Positions 27,857-37,824 of a DNA stretch of 64,000 nt are shown here, in pieces. How positions within the stretch are numbered: position 1 is the first letter of the stretch; each line of letters starts with the position of its first letter. A program made the translations under genes and the position numbers. The stretch spans positions 62,161 through 126,160 of the forward strand of contig MFRA01000001.1 in NCBI GenBank assembly GCA_001783215.1. The letters run 5' to 3'. The DNA is from Candidatus Magasanikbacteria bacterium RIFOXYD1_FULL_40_23. GTDB lineage: Bacteria; Patescibacteriota; Patescibacteriia; Magasanikbacterales; GWA2-37-8. The notes beneath the pieces were generated by a model that had not been told where the DNA came from, made no database searches, and saw only the letters and a program-made list of their open reading frames with translations.

Positions 27857-29524
27857 ATGACCCAAGAGCAAGCGCTGGAAATACTAAAAACCGGTGCTAA
27901 TGTTTTTTTAACCGGAGAACCCGGAGCAGGTAAGACGCATACTATAAATGAGTACGCGCGGTATTTGCGTGCCCGCAGTATAGAGCCGTCCATTACCGCT
28001 TCTACAGGTATCGCCGCTACGCATTTGGGCGGAATGACTATCTACTCTTGGAGCGGAATCGGTATTCGAAAATATTTGGATAAATACGAATTAGATAAAA
28101 TTTCTACAACCGAATATTTGGCCAAGCGTATTCGTCGTGCCAAAGTATTGATAATAGACGAAGTGTCTATGCTTTCTCCCGAAACTTTGGATATGGTGGA
28201 TGTGGTTTGCAGAAGCATAAGACAAAATAACGAAGCGTTCGGCGCGTTGCAAGTTATTTTTGTGGGTGATTTTTTTCAGTTGCCGCCAATTGTGAGAAAT
28301 GAGTTTGATCAAAATAGTCAGAGTTCAATGTTACAAACTCCCAAAGCACGTTTTGCTTACGACAGTGGTGCGTGGCAAAGAGCAAAGCCAATGATTTGTT
28401 ATCTTACCGAACAGCACCGCCAAGACGATGATGTATTTTTACAAATTTTGTCTGCTATCCGCAATAATAGTTTTGGCGCAGAGCATTTGGCAGAAGTTAA
28501 AAAGAGAAGAGTGGGAGCCGATACCGGACCAGAAAAAGCGGTGAAACTTTATACGCATAATATAAATGTAGATAGAACAAACGATGCCATGCTTGCCACC
28601 TTTGTAAACAGGCCGGTAACTTTTAGTATGTACACCAAAGGTTCTCCATCGCTAGTGGCATCTTTGCAAAAAGGTTGTTTGTCGCCAGCCACCCTTATTT
28701 TAAAAGCTGGAGCCAAAGTAATGTTTACCAAAAATAATCCGAAAGAAGGATTTGTAAATGGAACGCTTGGTACGGTAGAAGGGTTTGATAGTTATGTGGG
28801 GTTACCCATAATTCGTACCAACGATGGTCGTAAAATTACTGTAGAAAAAATGGAATGGAGTGTGGAAGAAAACGGAAAGATAAGAGCCAAGATTGAACAA
28901 GTGCCATTGCGTTTGGCTTGGGCTATAACAGTGCACAAAAGCCAAGGAATGAGTCTAGAAGAAGCGATAATGGATTTAACGGATGTATTTGAGTTTGGGC
29001 AAGGGTATGTGGCCTTGTCGCGTGTACGCAGGCTTTCTGGTTTGTATTTACTTGGTTGGAACGAAAGAGCGTTTCAGGTACATCCGGAAGTGCTGGCCAA
29101 AGATATAGATTTTCGGGCTAGCTCCGATGGTGCGCAAGAAGCATTTGGTAAAATTCCAAAAGAAGAATTGGAAACAATGCATAAAAATTTTATGAAGGTG
29201 TGCGGAGGGGATATAAAAGAAAAACCAGTGGCTGATTTGGAATCTGGTGATGAAATAAAATATGCGCCGGTAAATGGTAATGATTATGTGCCAGGAAAGA
29301 AAAAAAATAAATCTAGTAAAAAAGAAAAAGGCCACGGTTTTGATAAAATAAGAGAAAAACATCCAAACGCATTTCGTCCGTGGAGCAAAGAACAAGACGA
29401 AGAATTAAGAGAATTTTTTTCTAATGGTATACCGATAGAAGAATTGTCTAAAACTTTTGGCCGTAAAACCGGTGCGATTACTATGCGACTAGTGAAGCTT
29501 GGGTTGGTAGAAGAGGGTGAATAA
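27857..29524 (+). CDS. PIF1-family helicase with C-terminal HTH-like domain
   Basis: TGEPGAGKT, IIDEVSM, GDFFQLPP, LAWAITVHKSQG, YVALSR. Confidence 0.92.
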   Translation: MTQEQALEILKTGANVFLTGEPGAGKTHTINEYARYLRARSIEPSITASTGIAATHLGGMTIYSWSGIGIRKYLDKYELDKISTTEYLAKRIRRAKVLIIDEVSMLSPETLDMVDVVCRSIRQNNEAFGALQVIFVGDFFQLPPIVRNEFDQNSQSSMLQTPKARFAYDSGAWQRAKPMICYLTEQHRQDDDVFLQILSAIRNNSFGAEHLAEVKKRRVGADTGPEKAVKLYTHNINVDRTNDAMLATFVNRPVTFSMYTKGSPSLVASLQKGCLSPATLILKAGAKVMFTKNNPKEGFVNGTLGTVEGFDSYVGLPIIRTNDGRKITVEKMEWSVEENGKIRAKIEQVPLRLAWAITVHKSQGMSLEEAIMDLTDVFEFGQGYVALSRVRRLSGLYLLGWNERAFQVHPEVLAKDIDFRASSDGAQEAFGKIPKEELETMHKNFMKVCGGDIKEKPVADLESGDEIKYAPVNGNDYVPGKKKNKSSKKEKGHGFDKIREKHPNAFRPWSKEQDEELREFFSNGIPIEELSKTFGRKTGAITMRLVKLGLVEEGE

Positions 29525-29549
29525 ATTAAATTTGCTTTAAAAATATTTC

Positions 29550-29578
29550 GAGCCCCGGGATGTGTGTCCTCGGGGCTC
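29550..29578 (-). terminator. GC hairpin downstream of the minus-strand orphan (may serve both convergent genes)
   Basis: gagccccggga-tgtgtg-tcctcggggctc; related to 30027-30054. Confidence 0.6.
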
Positions 29579-29606
29579 TTGTGTGTCTTGCGGGCGAGTA
29601 TGTCGT

Positions 29607-29909
29607 CTACTTGATGGCCTCGATCTTCTCGAGGACGTTGCGGCGACTCATCCGACCGACGAAGAAGTCCTGATCGAAATGGTCGGTGAGGGTGATCACC
29701 ATCGTGCGGTTGTGGTCGCGGCCCCAGTCGTTGGTGAACCGGACGATCCCGAGGATCTTCTGGTCATCCGCCGACAGCGATACGTACCCGCCGCCGATCA
29801 TCCCCGACAAGTACTGCAGGTCGGGGATCGCCTCCTTCTTGAAGGTGACCTTGACCTGCTTCTTGCCCTTGAGTGCTTCTTCGAGCGCCTTCACGATCTG
29901 GTCTTGCAT
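29607..29909 (-). CDS. GC-rich orphan protein, paralog of 30067-30366
   Basis: GGAGG before ATG 29909; codons mostly end in G/C; promoter TTGACA-17-TATTTT at 29968-29996. Confidence 0.75.
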   Translation of the reverse strand: MQDQIVKALEEALKGKKQVKVTFKKEAIPDLQYLSGMIGGGYVSLSADDQKILGIVRFTNDWGRDHNRTMVITLTDHFDQDFFVGRMSRRNVLEKIEAIK

Positions 29910-30017
29910 CTGAGCCTCCAACATTCATCTTGGGCGTAAGTACCCAAGAAGGTCACTAGGACCGAATAAAATATCATATATTTTGGCTTTTGTCAATGGT
30001 AGTGTGTTTTTAAAAAT

Positions 30018-30054
30018 AAAAAAAACGAGCCCGGGACATGTGTCCTGGGGGCTC
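30018..30054 (-). terminator. Terminator of the minus-strand orphan
   Basis: gagcccgggaca/tgtcctgggggctc hairpin followed by U8 on the - strand. Confidence 0.7.
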
Positions 30055-30066
30055 TGTTGCAGGGGT

Positions 30067-30366
30067 CTAGGCAATGACTTCGATCTTCTCGACGGCGTTG
30101 CACATCTCCCGAACAAATTGGTCTCTGTCGACTACCTTGGTAAACGTTACCGCAACGGCGCGGTCGTCTTGGCTTTTCCATTGGCGATACCTTTGGAAGT
30201 GCATAAGGCCAGCTCGGCAGCTTGCCGTTAGCCATAGCATGCCACGATTGAACATGGACATTAGGCGTTTGACATCACCCGGTGCTGCATCTTCTTTGAG
30301 AAGGACCTCGATTTTACGGGTGCCCTGTAGGGCTTCGTCTGTGACTCGGGCGATTTTTGCTTGCAT
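30067..30366 (-). CDS. Orphan protein, paralog of 29607-29909
   Basis: GAGGT before ATG 30366; promoter TTGACA-17-TATTCT at 30425-30453. Confidence 0.7.
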   Translation of the reverse strand: MQAKIARVTDEALQGTRKIEVLLKEDAAPGDVKRLMSMFNRGMLWLTASCRAGLMHFQRYRQWKSQDDRAVAVTFTKVVDRDQFVREMCNAVEKIEVIA

Positions 30367-30549
30367 CTTTACCTCTTGCGTTGGTTTCGCACCCGAAGGC
30401 ACGGGAAAATGGCTAGGGTTGCATAGAATACCATATATTTTTGAATTTGTCAATTATTTAAGCTAAAAGTGTAGATTTGCCAGTGTCTGGCTTGTAGAAT
30501 TTAAAAAAGAGGGGTACAATGCAGCCAAATTAATTTAACTATACAATTT

Positions 30550-33294
30550 ATGCAGAATAGAAATATTTTGGGAGGGATAAGGAAAGTCTTAAAAATCAGC
30601 GCTATCGGTGTCGCTTTTTTTGTTTTTGGAGTGCCGAATTTGGTTAATGCTTTGGTAATCCTGCCAAATAGCGTGCCGATGATAGAGCCTTTAAATAATG
30701 CAGAGTATTCGTATGGGGTAAAACCCAGTGAAAGTTTCTTGCCGGAGCAACCTGTGTTTAAAGTTATTTATACAGATGATGATAACGATGCTCCGTTTTA
30801 TTTGAATGTCGTTGTAAATGGCATACCATATTCTATGGCGCTGGTTCCTGGCCAAGAAGGAGAATATTTTGATGGGTTACAATATGAGTTTGTTACACCT
30901 ACAGGTACTTTCGAGGTTGGTACGTATTCGTATTATTTTGAATCTAGTGATGGGCAATATACATATCCGTGGATGTCCAGTGAATCTGGAGATATTATAA
31001 ACTATGCGCGCATGCCAGAATTAGGTACTAGAACTTTTGAAATAAAAGCAGGGTCGAACGATCCGGTGATTATTATTCCTGGGATTTTGGGAACAGAGTT
31101 AGTGAGAGGTGATGAAACTTTATGGTTGGATTTGGTAAGAACTATGATTACGCCAGGGGACGAATTTTTGGATCCGCTGATGATGAATGTTGATGGGGTT
31201 GGTACTGATCCCCAGGTTATGCCTGGGGATGTAGTTAGGGTCAAAGGAAATATATTAATAAAATTTCACTATCTTGATTTGCTGATTAGTGAGTTTAACA
31301 GTATTGGTTATCAGGAAAATACTGATTTATTTGTTTTTCCTTATGACTGGCGTTTAGATAATGCGTCTACAGCCCAAAAACTAAAAGATAAAATCGAGTC
31401 TGTTTTGAGGCAAACGGGAAGTGCTAAAGTAACTTTGGTTGCGCATAGTATGGGAGGTTTGATTGCAAAACAATATATCGTAAACAATGGTTCGGATAAA
31501 GTAGATAAGTTAATTTTTATTGGCACTCCGCATCTTGGTTCTCCGGATGCTGCTAAAACAATATTGTTTGGCAGTAATTTAGGAATTGAATTTGTATTTT
31601 CTTTTTTAAATGAGCTAGAAATTAAAAAAATTGCTCAAAACATGCCGTCAATTTACCAGCTTTTACCGAGTCCTGCATATTTCGCTAAACTAGGAGGGTA
31701 TTTTTACGACCTAACTATTCATAAAGTTTTCAATTTTGATGAAACATCTGCGTATCTGAGCGGTCAAGGTAGTAATCAGAGTATGCTTGACGGAGTCGCC
31801 AGCTTTCATTCTTCGCTTGATAATTTAGATTTTTCCAACATAAAAACATATAATATTATAGGTTGTAAGACAGAAACAATTACAAAAATAATTCGCCGTA
31901 ACAGTGAAGTTGGTGGTGATGAGTATTATATTGGTATGCAAACTGGTGACGGAACAGTCCCGCTCGGTAGTTCTGATTTGGCAGGTTTTACAGGGGTAGA
32001 AAATTTTTATGTGAAAAATACTGTTCATAGTAAAATGCCCAGTCTTGATAATATAAGAATGTTGGTTACTGAAATTATTGGCAATACCGTAGATAAAGAT
32101 GCTTTACCAATAGATGTCGAAATGAATAAGGAGGGTTGTGAAGTAACAGGTAAATTAGTTTCAGTCCATAGTCCGGTTGATTTGCATGTGTATGACGCTA
32201 GCGGAAATCATGCAGGTCCGATTGAAAACGGTGATCTTGAGCAAAATATACCAGGAGCAACCTACAAAAATATTGCCAATAATAAATTTATTTTTTTACC
32301 GGAAGACAATAATCAAATTTATACTATTAAACTTGACGCAACTGCCACTGGAACTTTTAGTTTCCGGGTTCAAAATATTATAAGTGATCAGCCAGAAAAA
32401 ACTGTGTATTATAATGATATACAGATTGTTCCACAAAGTAGTGCTGAGATTGAAATATCTCCTTACAGTTCTGATACAAATTTACAATTTGATATTAACG
32501 GAACAGGAAATCATGTCGCCATCCCTGCTAACTCAGTTCTTAGTGAGGATGAATTAGAAGATTATACAAAACCAACGACCACTATCTTTATAGTCGGTAC
32601 TGTTGGGGGTAATGGTTGGTATGTTTCCACTACATCTATTTCGCTCTCGGCAACCGATGATAATTCTGGTATACTTAGAATAGAGTATAGTTTAGACAAT
32701 GGCGCTGTATGGCAGCCGTATTCCGCACCGTTTGTTATTTCTGAGCAAGGTATAAGCACTGTATTATATAAATCAATTGACCGAGCTGGTAACAAAGGAG
32801 AGGTGGGGCAAGCCATTATATATATTGATACTGAATCACCTGAAGCAATTATCGTATTTGATCCTGATAAAAAAGATATTGTGATAAGTGGAGAGGATAA
32901 TCTAACACCAGTTGGTATTTACGATTTAGGTAGTAGGGTAACTTTAATTGACGAGGCGGGAAATAGCACTACATTGAATTTTGTTGAAAAAAATCGTAAG
33001 TGGTCTTATACAACTGCGTTGAAGAGTATTTTATATAACGGAGTTGAATTAGAAAAAATAACTAAAAATAGATTTAATTTTAAGTGGAAATATAAACATG
33101 ATAATTTAACAGAGCTAGAACAAAGTATTTTACTGAAAGATGTTTTTAGATTAAGAGCCGAGTATAATTTAAAGAAAAACATTACATATATTCGTGGTAA
33201 AGATGCCGAAACTGGAAAAATCAAGGAAAAAATGGATGGCTTAGTTCTGGTTAAAATTAAAACTAGTAAAGGGAGTTTAAACTACAATTATTAA
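30550..33294 (+). CDS. Secreted alpha/beta-hydrolase (LCAT/lipase-like) with Ig-like/beta-rich C-terminal domains
   Basis: Signal/TM, IIIPGILG, FPYDWR, AHSMGG nucleophile elbow, GTPHLGS, GDGTVP. Confidence 0.85.
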   Translation: MQNRNILGGIRKVLKISAIGVAFFVFGVPNLVNALVILPNSVPMIEPLNNAEYSYGVKPSESFLPEQPVFKVIYTDDDNDAPFYLNVVVNGIPYSMALVPGQEGEYFDGLQYEFVTPTGTFEVGTYSYYFESSDGQYTYPWMSSESGDIINYARMPELGTRTFEIKAGSNDPVIIIPGILGTELVRGDETLWLDLVRTMITPGDEFLDPLMMNVDGVGTDPQVMPGDVVRVKGNILIKFHYLDLLISEFNSIGYQENTDLFVFPYDWRLDNASTAQKLKDKIESVLRQTGSAKVTLVAHSMGGLIAKQYIVNNGSDKVDKLIFIGTPHLGSPDAAKTILFGSNLGIEFVFSFLNELEIKKIAQNMPSIYQLLPSPAYFAKLGGYFYDLTIHKVFNFDETSAYLSGQGSNQSMLDGVASFHSSLDNLDFSNIKTYNIIGCKTETITKIIRRNSEVGGDEYYIGMQTGDGTVPLGSSDLAGFTGVENFYVKNTVHSKMPSLDNIRMLVTEIIGNTVDKDALPIDVEMNKEGCEVTGKLVSVHSPVDLHVYDASGNHAGPIENGDLEQNIPGATYKNIANNKFIFLPEDNNQIYTIKLDATATGTFSFRVQNIISDQPEKTVYYNDIQIVPQSSAEIEISPYSSDTNLQFDINGTGNHVAIPANSVLSEDELEDYTKPTTTIFIVGTVGGNGWYVSTTSISLSATDDNSGILRIEYSLDNGAVWQPYSAPFVISEQGISTVLYKSIDRAGNKGEVGQAIIYIDTESPEAIIVFDPDKKDIVISGEDNLTPVGIYDLGSRVTLIDEAGNSTTLNFVEKNRKWSYTTALKSILYNGVELEKITKNRFNFKWKYKHDNLTELEQSILLKDVFRLRAEYNLKKNITYIRGKDAETGKIKEKMDGLVLVKIKTSKGSLNYNY

Positions 33295-33301
33295 CTTTTT
33301 T

Positions 33302-33601
33302 ATGATTAAAAAATCAGTGTTAATTTTAGCCGTTGTTCTACCGTGGGTTCTGATATTAATTTTTGGTTTATTTGGGCTTGAAACAAGGAGTCATTTTTTT
33401 CAAGAAAATGAAGTGCGGATTAAGATTTCGTTGCTAGTAATTGTTCTGTTAGCGTGTATATTTAGTGGTATTAACTTATTTAAAGAGAAACAAAAAAATT
33501 ATTTAAAAATATTAAAAGCGGCCGTGTTTTTAGGAATATTTATAATTACATTTTTGTCAATGTGGTTTATCCTTGCCCTAAGAAATGGTGTAAGGTTCTA
33601 A
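33302..33601 (+). CDS. Small 3-TM membrane protein
   Basis: Hydrophobic ORF starting 8 bp after the lipase stop. Confidence 0.55.
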   Translation: MIKKSVLILAVVLPWVLILIFGLFGLETRSHFFQENEVRIKISLLVIVLLACIFSGINLFKEKQKNYLKILKAAVFLGIFIITFLSMWFILALRNGVRF

Positions 33602-34089
33602 TATTTATAAAAAATAAAATCGTGTTATCAGATTATAACCCAACAATAAGAAGGTGTAAAAATTATCTAAAAACTTTTTTATATAGTTTGTTTTTGTTTG
33701 CAATTTCTTTAGGTATTACATATTTCCTGTGTCCGTTTACAGCTAAAATATTCTGTTACATTGGCGGGCCTAGAGAATGTTCAGGCGGCTTCTCCAGTAT
33801 TGATTTTTCTCCGGTTATAGGTATTTTACTTAATTATTTATTTTTTATACCATTGTTATTTATAGTTTTTGGTGATAAAAATAAGTATTGGTGGATTGGT
33901 GTTACGCAATTTTTAATGTTTTTATTTTTAATTCGTGTTTTTTACTCCCCAGTGTACTTTTTAGCTGGAATCTTTAATCTTTTGCCATTTATTTTATCAA
34001 TATTTTTAGGCGTAGCTTTAGGGTTGATAATTGTTAAAATTAAAAACATTGTTTTAAAAAATAAAATGAAATCTACTGTTAAAAAGTAA
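33562..34089 (+). CDS. 4-TM membrane protein, paralog of 34246-34605 (start uncertain)
   Basis: Shared motif YxFFxxLLFxxFGxxxKYWWIG. Confidence 0.6.
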   Translation: MVYPCPKKWCKVLIFIKNKIVLSDYNPTIRRCKNYLKTFLYSLFLFAISLGITYFLCPFTAKIFCYIGGPRECSGGFSSIDFSPVIGILLNYLFFIPLLFIVFGDKNKYWWIGVTQFLMFLFLIRVFYSPVYFLAGIFNLLPFILSIFLGVALGLIIVKIKNIVLKNKMKSTVKK

Positions 34090-34241
34090 TCAAACGAATT
34101 GAGCGAGCGGAAAAGGTGGTTGATCGTATTTTGGCTAAGCAATTATTGCGAAATTTATCTCGTTATCAAACACGAGGTTGGCTAAATAACGAAGCGTATA
34201 ATTTATTAATAGAGGATATTAATTGGTTGTTAAATAATTAA
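34083..34241 (+). pseudogene. Probable 3' gene remnant
   Basis: 52-codon open stretch with no ATG (KVIKRIERAEK...GWLNNEAYNLLIEDINWLLNN*) ending 4 bp before 34246. Confidence 0.4.
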
Positions 34242-34245
34242 AATT

Positions 34246-34605
34246 ATGAAAAAATTCCTACTAGTTTTAGGGTGGCTAGTTAGTTCGATTTTGTTCGCTG
34301 TATTTTTTGGCCGTTTATATTATTATTTAGGATTTTCAAAAGGCGGAGGGTTATTTTTGTCATCTAATTTTTTTGACGATTTTATTAATGGTTTATTTCC
34401 TTCTTATATATTTTTCCTCACCCTCCTCTTCACCGCCTTCGGTGGCACCAAAAAATACTGGTGGATTGGAATTGCTTTAATCCCGGCAGTGTTATTTGAA
34501 GTAGCGTTTGATTTACAGCATATTTATTTTCCTGTCGCTGTTGGTTTGGTAGGTTGGTTGTTAGGGAAGGGAGTAAACATGTTAGTAGAAAAACATAAGT
34601 TATAA
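34246..34605 (+). CDS. 4-TM membrane protein, paralog of 33562-34089
   Basis: YIFFLTLLFTAFGGTKKYWWIG. Confidence 0.7.
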   Translation: MKKFLLVLGWLVSSILFAVFFGRLYYYLGFSKGGGLFLSSNFFDDFINGLFPSYIFFLTLLFTAFGGTKKYWWIGIALIPAVLFEVAFDLQHIYFPVAVGLVGWLLGKGVNMLVEKHKL

Positions 34606-34620
34606 ACCCTACTAAACCAT

Positions 34621-35145
34621 ATGTCAATCTTCGACATAGCACTTCTTATCATCGTTGCTGGTTTCGCTTTGTTTGGTTTGTGGTTTGGTTTGGTGCACAC
34701 TTTGGGTTCTTTAATCGGTACCATTGTAGGTGTTTATTTAGCCAGCCGATTTTATGGAGTGGTAGCCAATTGGATTATAAATTTTACCGGCTGGAATCAA
34801 AATTATATAACTGTTATCGTTTTCATCGTTTCTTTTCTCTTAATTACTAGACTAGTCGGATTTGTTTTTTGGCTTCTGCAAAAATTCTTATCTATTTTTA
34901 CAAGTCTGCCGTTTATCAAGGGGTTAGATAGAATATTAGGAATGGTTTTTGGAGCTATAGAAGGCGCGTTGGTAGTTGGTATTTCTTTGTATTTCATCGC
35001 TCGTTTTCCAATTAGTTTAATGTTTATGGGTGGACTTGCCGAATCTCAAGTTGCTCCGCCTTTGGTACGTTTGGCTTCTATTCTTATTCCACTCTTCCCC
35101 GAAGCTTTGCGAATGTTGCGAAGTACAGTGGAGAGCCTGATTTAA
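34621..35145 (+). CDS. CvpA (colicin V production) family protein
   Basis: MSIFDIALL, GLWFGLV, LDRILGMVFG. Confidence 0.85.
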   Translation: MSIFDIALLIIVAGFALFGLWFGLVHTLGSLIGTIVGVYLASRFYGVVANWIINFTGWNQNYITVIVFIVSFLLITRLVGFVFWLLQKFLSIFTSLPFIKGLDRILGMVFGAIEGALVVGISLYFIARFPISLMFMGGLAESQVAPPLVRLASILIPLFPEALRMLRSTVESLI

Positions 35146-35156
35146 TAAATACCCAA

Positions 35157-35192
35157 GAGATCCCTCGTCGCTATGGCTCGCTCGGGATGACA
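35157..35192. repeat. Half TGACA-type repeat
   Basis: gagatccctcg..ctcgggatgaca. Confidence 0.6.
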
Positions 35193-35205
35193 TTAGAAAT
35201 TGTTT

Positions 35206-36060
35206 ATGTTTGATACGCACTGCCATGTACAGTTTAATGGTTTTAAAGATGATGCTGAAGAGGTAATAAAAAAATGCGGTGACAAAAAAATGATTTTGAA
35301 TTTGGTTGGTACTCAAAAAGATACTAGTCGTGCCGGGGTAGAGATGGCCAACAAATTTCCGTTTACCTATGCCAGCATCGGGCTTCATCCAGTTCATCTT
35401 TTTTCTACTCATATAGACGAAGAAGAGAGTAAGTTTTTGTCGCGCGAAGAAACTTTTGATTATGAGTATTATAAAAATTTGGGACAGAGTAAAAAAGTAA
35501 TAGCAGTGGGGGAGTGTGGATTGGATTTATATAGATTACCAGAAGGACGAACAGTAGAAGAAGTGCTAGAAAAACAAAAAGAAACTTTTGCGTTGCAATA
35601 TAAATTGGCGCAAGAATTAAATGTGGCATTGGTAATTCATGTGCGAGAGGCGCACGAGCAGATGATAGAACTTTTGAAAAAACTTTCTAACAACGGTTCG
35701 GTGCGCGGAACGGTGCATTGTTATACCAGCAATTGGCATTTTGCCCAGCAGTATCTAGATATAGGTTTAAATATAGGTTTCACCGGTGTGATTACTTTTC
35801 CTCCAAGAAAAGCAGATCCACAAGCGCAAACAGATTTGCTAGAAGTAGTAAAAAATTGTCCGCTAGATAAAATAGTAGTAGAAACAGATGCGCCGTACTT
35901 GGCGCCGTTGCCATATAGAGGCCAAAGATGTGAACCGCAAATGGTGGAGCAAACCATTCGAAAAATTGCTCAATTAAAAAATATTTCCTTTGAAGAAGCG
36001 GAAAAAGCTACGACCGAAAACGCCAAAAAATTATTTAGAATTTCTTCTGAAAAAAATTGA
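35206..36060 (+). CDS. TatD family nuclease
   Basis: DTHCH, GLHP, VGECGLD, IHVREA, VHCY, ETDAPYLAP. Confidence 0.93.
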   Translation: MFDTHCHVQFNGFKDDAEEVIKKCGDKKMILNLVGTQKDTSRAGVEMANKFPFTYASIGLHPVHLFSTHIDEEESKFLSREETFDYEYYKNLGQSKKVIAVGECGLDLYRLPEGRTVEEVLEKQKETFALQYKLAQELNVALVIHVREAHEQMIELLKKLSNNGSVRGTVHCYTSNWHFAQQYLDIGLNIGFTGVITFPPRKADPQAQTDLLEVVKNCPLDKIVVETDAPYLAPLPYRGQRCEPQMVEQTIRKIAQLKNISFEEAEKATTENAKKLFRISSEKN

Positions 36061-36111
36061 ACCCCGCACCGAACATCGGGCGAGGTAAAGCGTGGGTGTT
36101 GACCGCGAGAG

Positions 36112-36369
36112 TTATCGGGGTACACGCACCTTTTGGGGTCCGTACCTTCTACAGGCGATGTCTTCCTCGGTAATATCGTTGAGGTCGAATTCCATGGAAG
36201 GCGTAAAACCGCCGGTCATGCTAGTGAAGAAGTCCTCTAGCCACTGGTTGAATTCCTTGCCCAGGGACTGTAAGAACGCAATCGTCCAGTAGGTCAGCTC
36301 TTCTCCCAAGGAGCTGAGAGAATCTGACAATTCGTCAATCAACTTCTGAAACTCACTTTTCTTCTTCAT
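36112..36369 (-). CDS. Orphan protein (minus-strand unit)
   Basis: GAGGA SD; promoter TTGACC-18-TAGGTT at 36391-36420; hairpin at 36061-36086. Confidence 0.65.
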   Translation of the reverse strand: MKKKSEFQKLIDELSDSLSSLGEELTYWTIAFLQSLGKEFNQWLEDFFTSMTGGFTPSMEFDLNDITEEDIACRRYGPQKVRVPR

Positions 36370-36430
36370 GGGTTCCTCTTCCCAGTATTTAACCTATCAT
36401 ATTTTAGATTAGACGGTCAATTATATACAG

Positions 36431-36469
36431 TAACAAAAAACACTCTGTATTATAGAGTGTTTTTTGTTA
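36431..36469. terminator. Bidirectional terminator
   Basis: taacaaaaaacactct/agagtgttttttgtta inverted repeat. Confidence 0.75.
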
Positions 36470-36603
36470 TCCGAGTGAGGTTATATGGCTGCAAATTTGT
36501 TCACCACCATCTTTCTAAAAGACAAGTTTTATCTCTAGAAAGATAGTGAGGTGGCGAACGAATGTTGCCAGGCTCACTGTTAAACGACGTTATAGTCGGA
36601 GGG

Positions 36604-36984
36604 CTAGAAGCCCAGTGTTGCGAGAGCCTGATCGGCTTCGTCGGGAGAGCAAGTGCCCATCCGTTGAGCGATCATGATCTGGCTCGCAACAGGTGTTGCT
36701 TGCGGCAACAATTCCTCGAGCACAGACCGGCGCAAAACCATGAGCGCTTGCAGAATCGAGAGTCGATCCAACAAGGGCAGGTTCTTCTGCTGGATGCGCA
36801 ACGCAAGGACCCGAAGGTCCATTGTGCCGAACAGTACCATGCAGGCTTCGTTGTGTGAGCGAAAGCTCGGGGACTGGAAACCCCCGGGCAGTTCGCGTAA
36901 ACTGCCATCCTGGCAGAGCTCCCCAGTAGCGAGGATGAACTGACCAGTGTGGCCGATGGGCTTGACGAAAACTCGCTCGTTCAT
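36604..36984 (-). CDS. GC-rich orphan protein with structured leader
   Basis: GGAGG before ATG 36984; promoter TTGACA-17-TATATT at 37139-37167. Confidence 0.65.
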   Translation of the reverse strand: MNERVFVKPIGHTGQFILATGELCQDGSLRELPGGFQSPSFRSHNEACMVLFGTMDLRVLALRIQQKNLPLLDRLSILQALMVLRRSVLEELLPQATPVASQIMIAQRMGTCSPDEADQALATLGF

Positions 36985-37050
36985 AATGATGGCCTCCAAG
37001 CCTGGTTGAGAGAACGGTTTGTTCCCTCAGCGGGCAGAAAGAACGCGTTA

Positions 37051-37106
37051 TTTTGCCGAGGGAAAGGAAAAGACGATCTTTTCGTATGTTCTTTTCCCTG
37101 GCAAAA
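37051..37106 (-). promoter_or_regulatory. Shared 5' leader hairpin, copy 1
   Basis: uuuugccagggaaaag...uuucccucggcaaaa; 16-nt identity with 38898-38913. Confidence 0.65.
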
Positions 37107-37265
37107 GGCGTTACTGCGTGGATTGTAAAGAGCTCTGTAATATAGGTTAAAATCTTGCCTTTGTCAATAGGCAAACCCACCACTCTATTTGGAAATATAC
37201 CACTGGGGATATATAATCAATATACACCTAAGATGTGCCTAAAGTTACAATCTATACAAAAAATC

Positions 37266-37294
37266 AAAAACAGCCTTATCTAAAGCTGTTTTTT
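37266..37294. terminator. Terminator-like hairpin
   Basis: aaaaacagc...gctgtttttt. Confidence 0.6.
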
Positions 37295-37367
37295 AATGGC
37301 GACGTCGTGGTATGCACGACGTCGGCGAGTCGTAATTCTTCTAAACCCGTATCATCAGTCCTGTGGA

Positions 37368-37634
37368 CTAGATGATCTCGAGTTCGACCCTCTCGTACTT
37401 GATTCCCGGATGGGTGGGCTCGTCCCAGTCGAAGTATAGCTCATACACCGCTTCGTCAACGGCAGCAGCGATCTCTTCTGGTGTTCCCAACAACATCGGC
37501 ATGGAGTCGTTGTCGTTTGCAGTCTCCTCGGTTTGAGGAGTGCTTCCGTTGTCTTCTAGAGACTGACCACGTTGATGGGTCATCAGCACGGATTCTGCAA
37601 GTGCGAGGAACTGCGGATCTTCAGGACGAATCAT
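37368..37634 (-). CDS. Acidic orphan protein
   Basis: AGGAG SD; promoter TTGACT-17-TATGGT at 37715-37743. Confidence 0.7.
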   Translation of the reverse strand: MIRPEDPQFLALAESVLMTHQRGQSLEDNGSTPQTEETANDNDSMPMLLGTPEEIAAAVDEAVYELYFDWDEPTHPGIKYERVELEII

Positions 37635-37824
37635 TCAGTAGCTCCTAGGAGAGTGGGGTTTATCAATACGAGACGACGCGCAAGTTTGGTTGCGGTGTCT
37701 CATTATGACCAAAAACCATACCATAAAATGTTGTTAAAGTCAAGAGCGTAGGGTAGAAAATGATTAAAATAAAAAAAGCCTCGCTTTCGCAAGGCGTCGC
37801 CGTGTATTTTGTTTTTTGGCTGTT

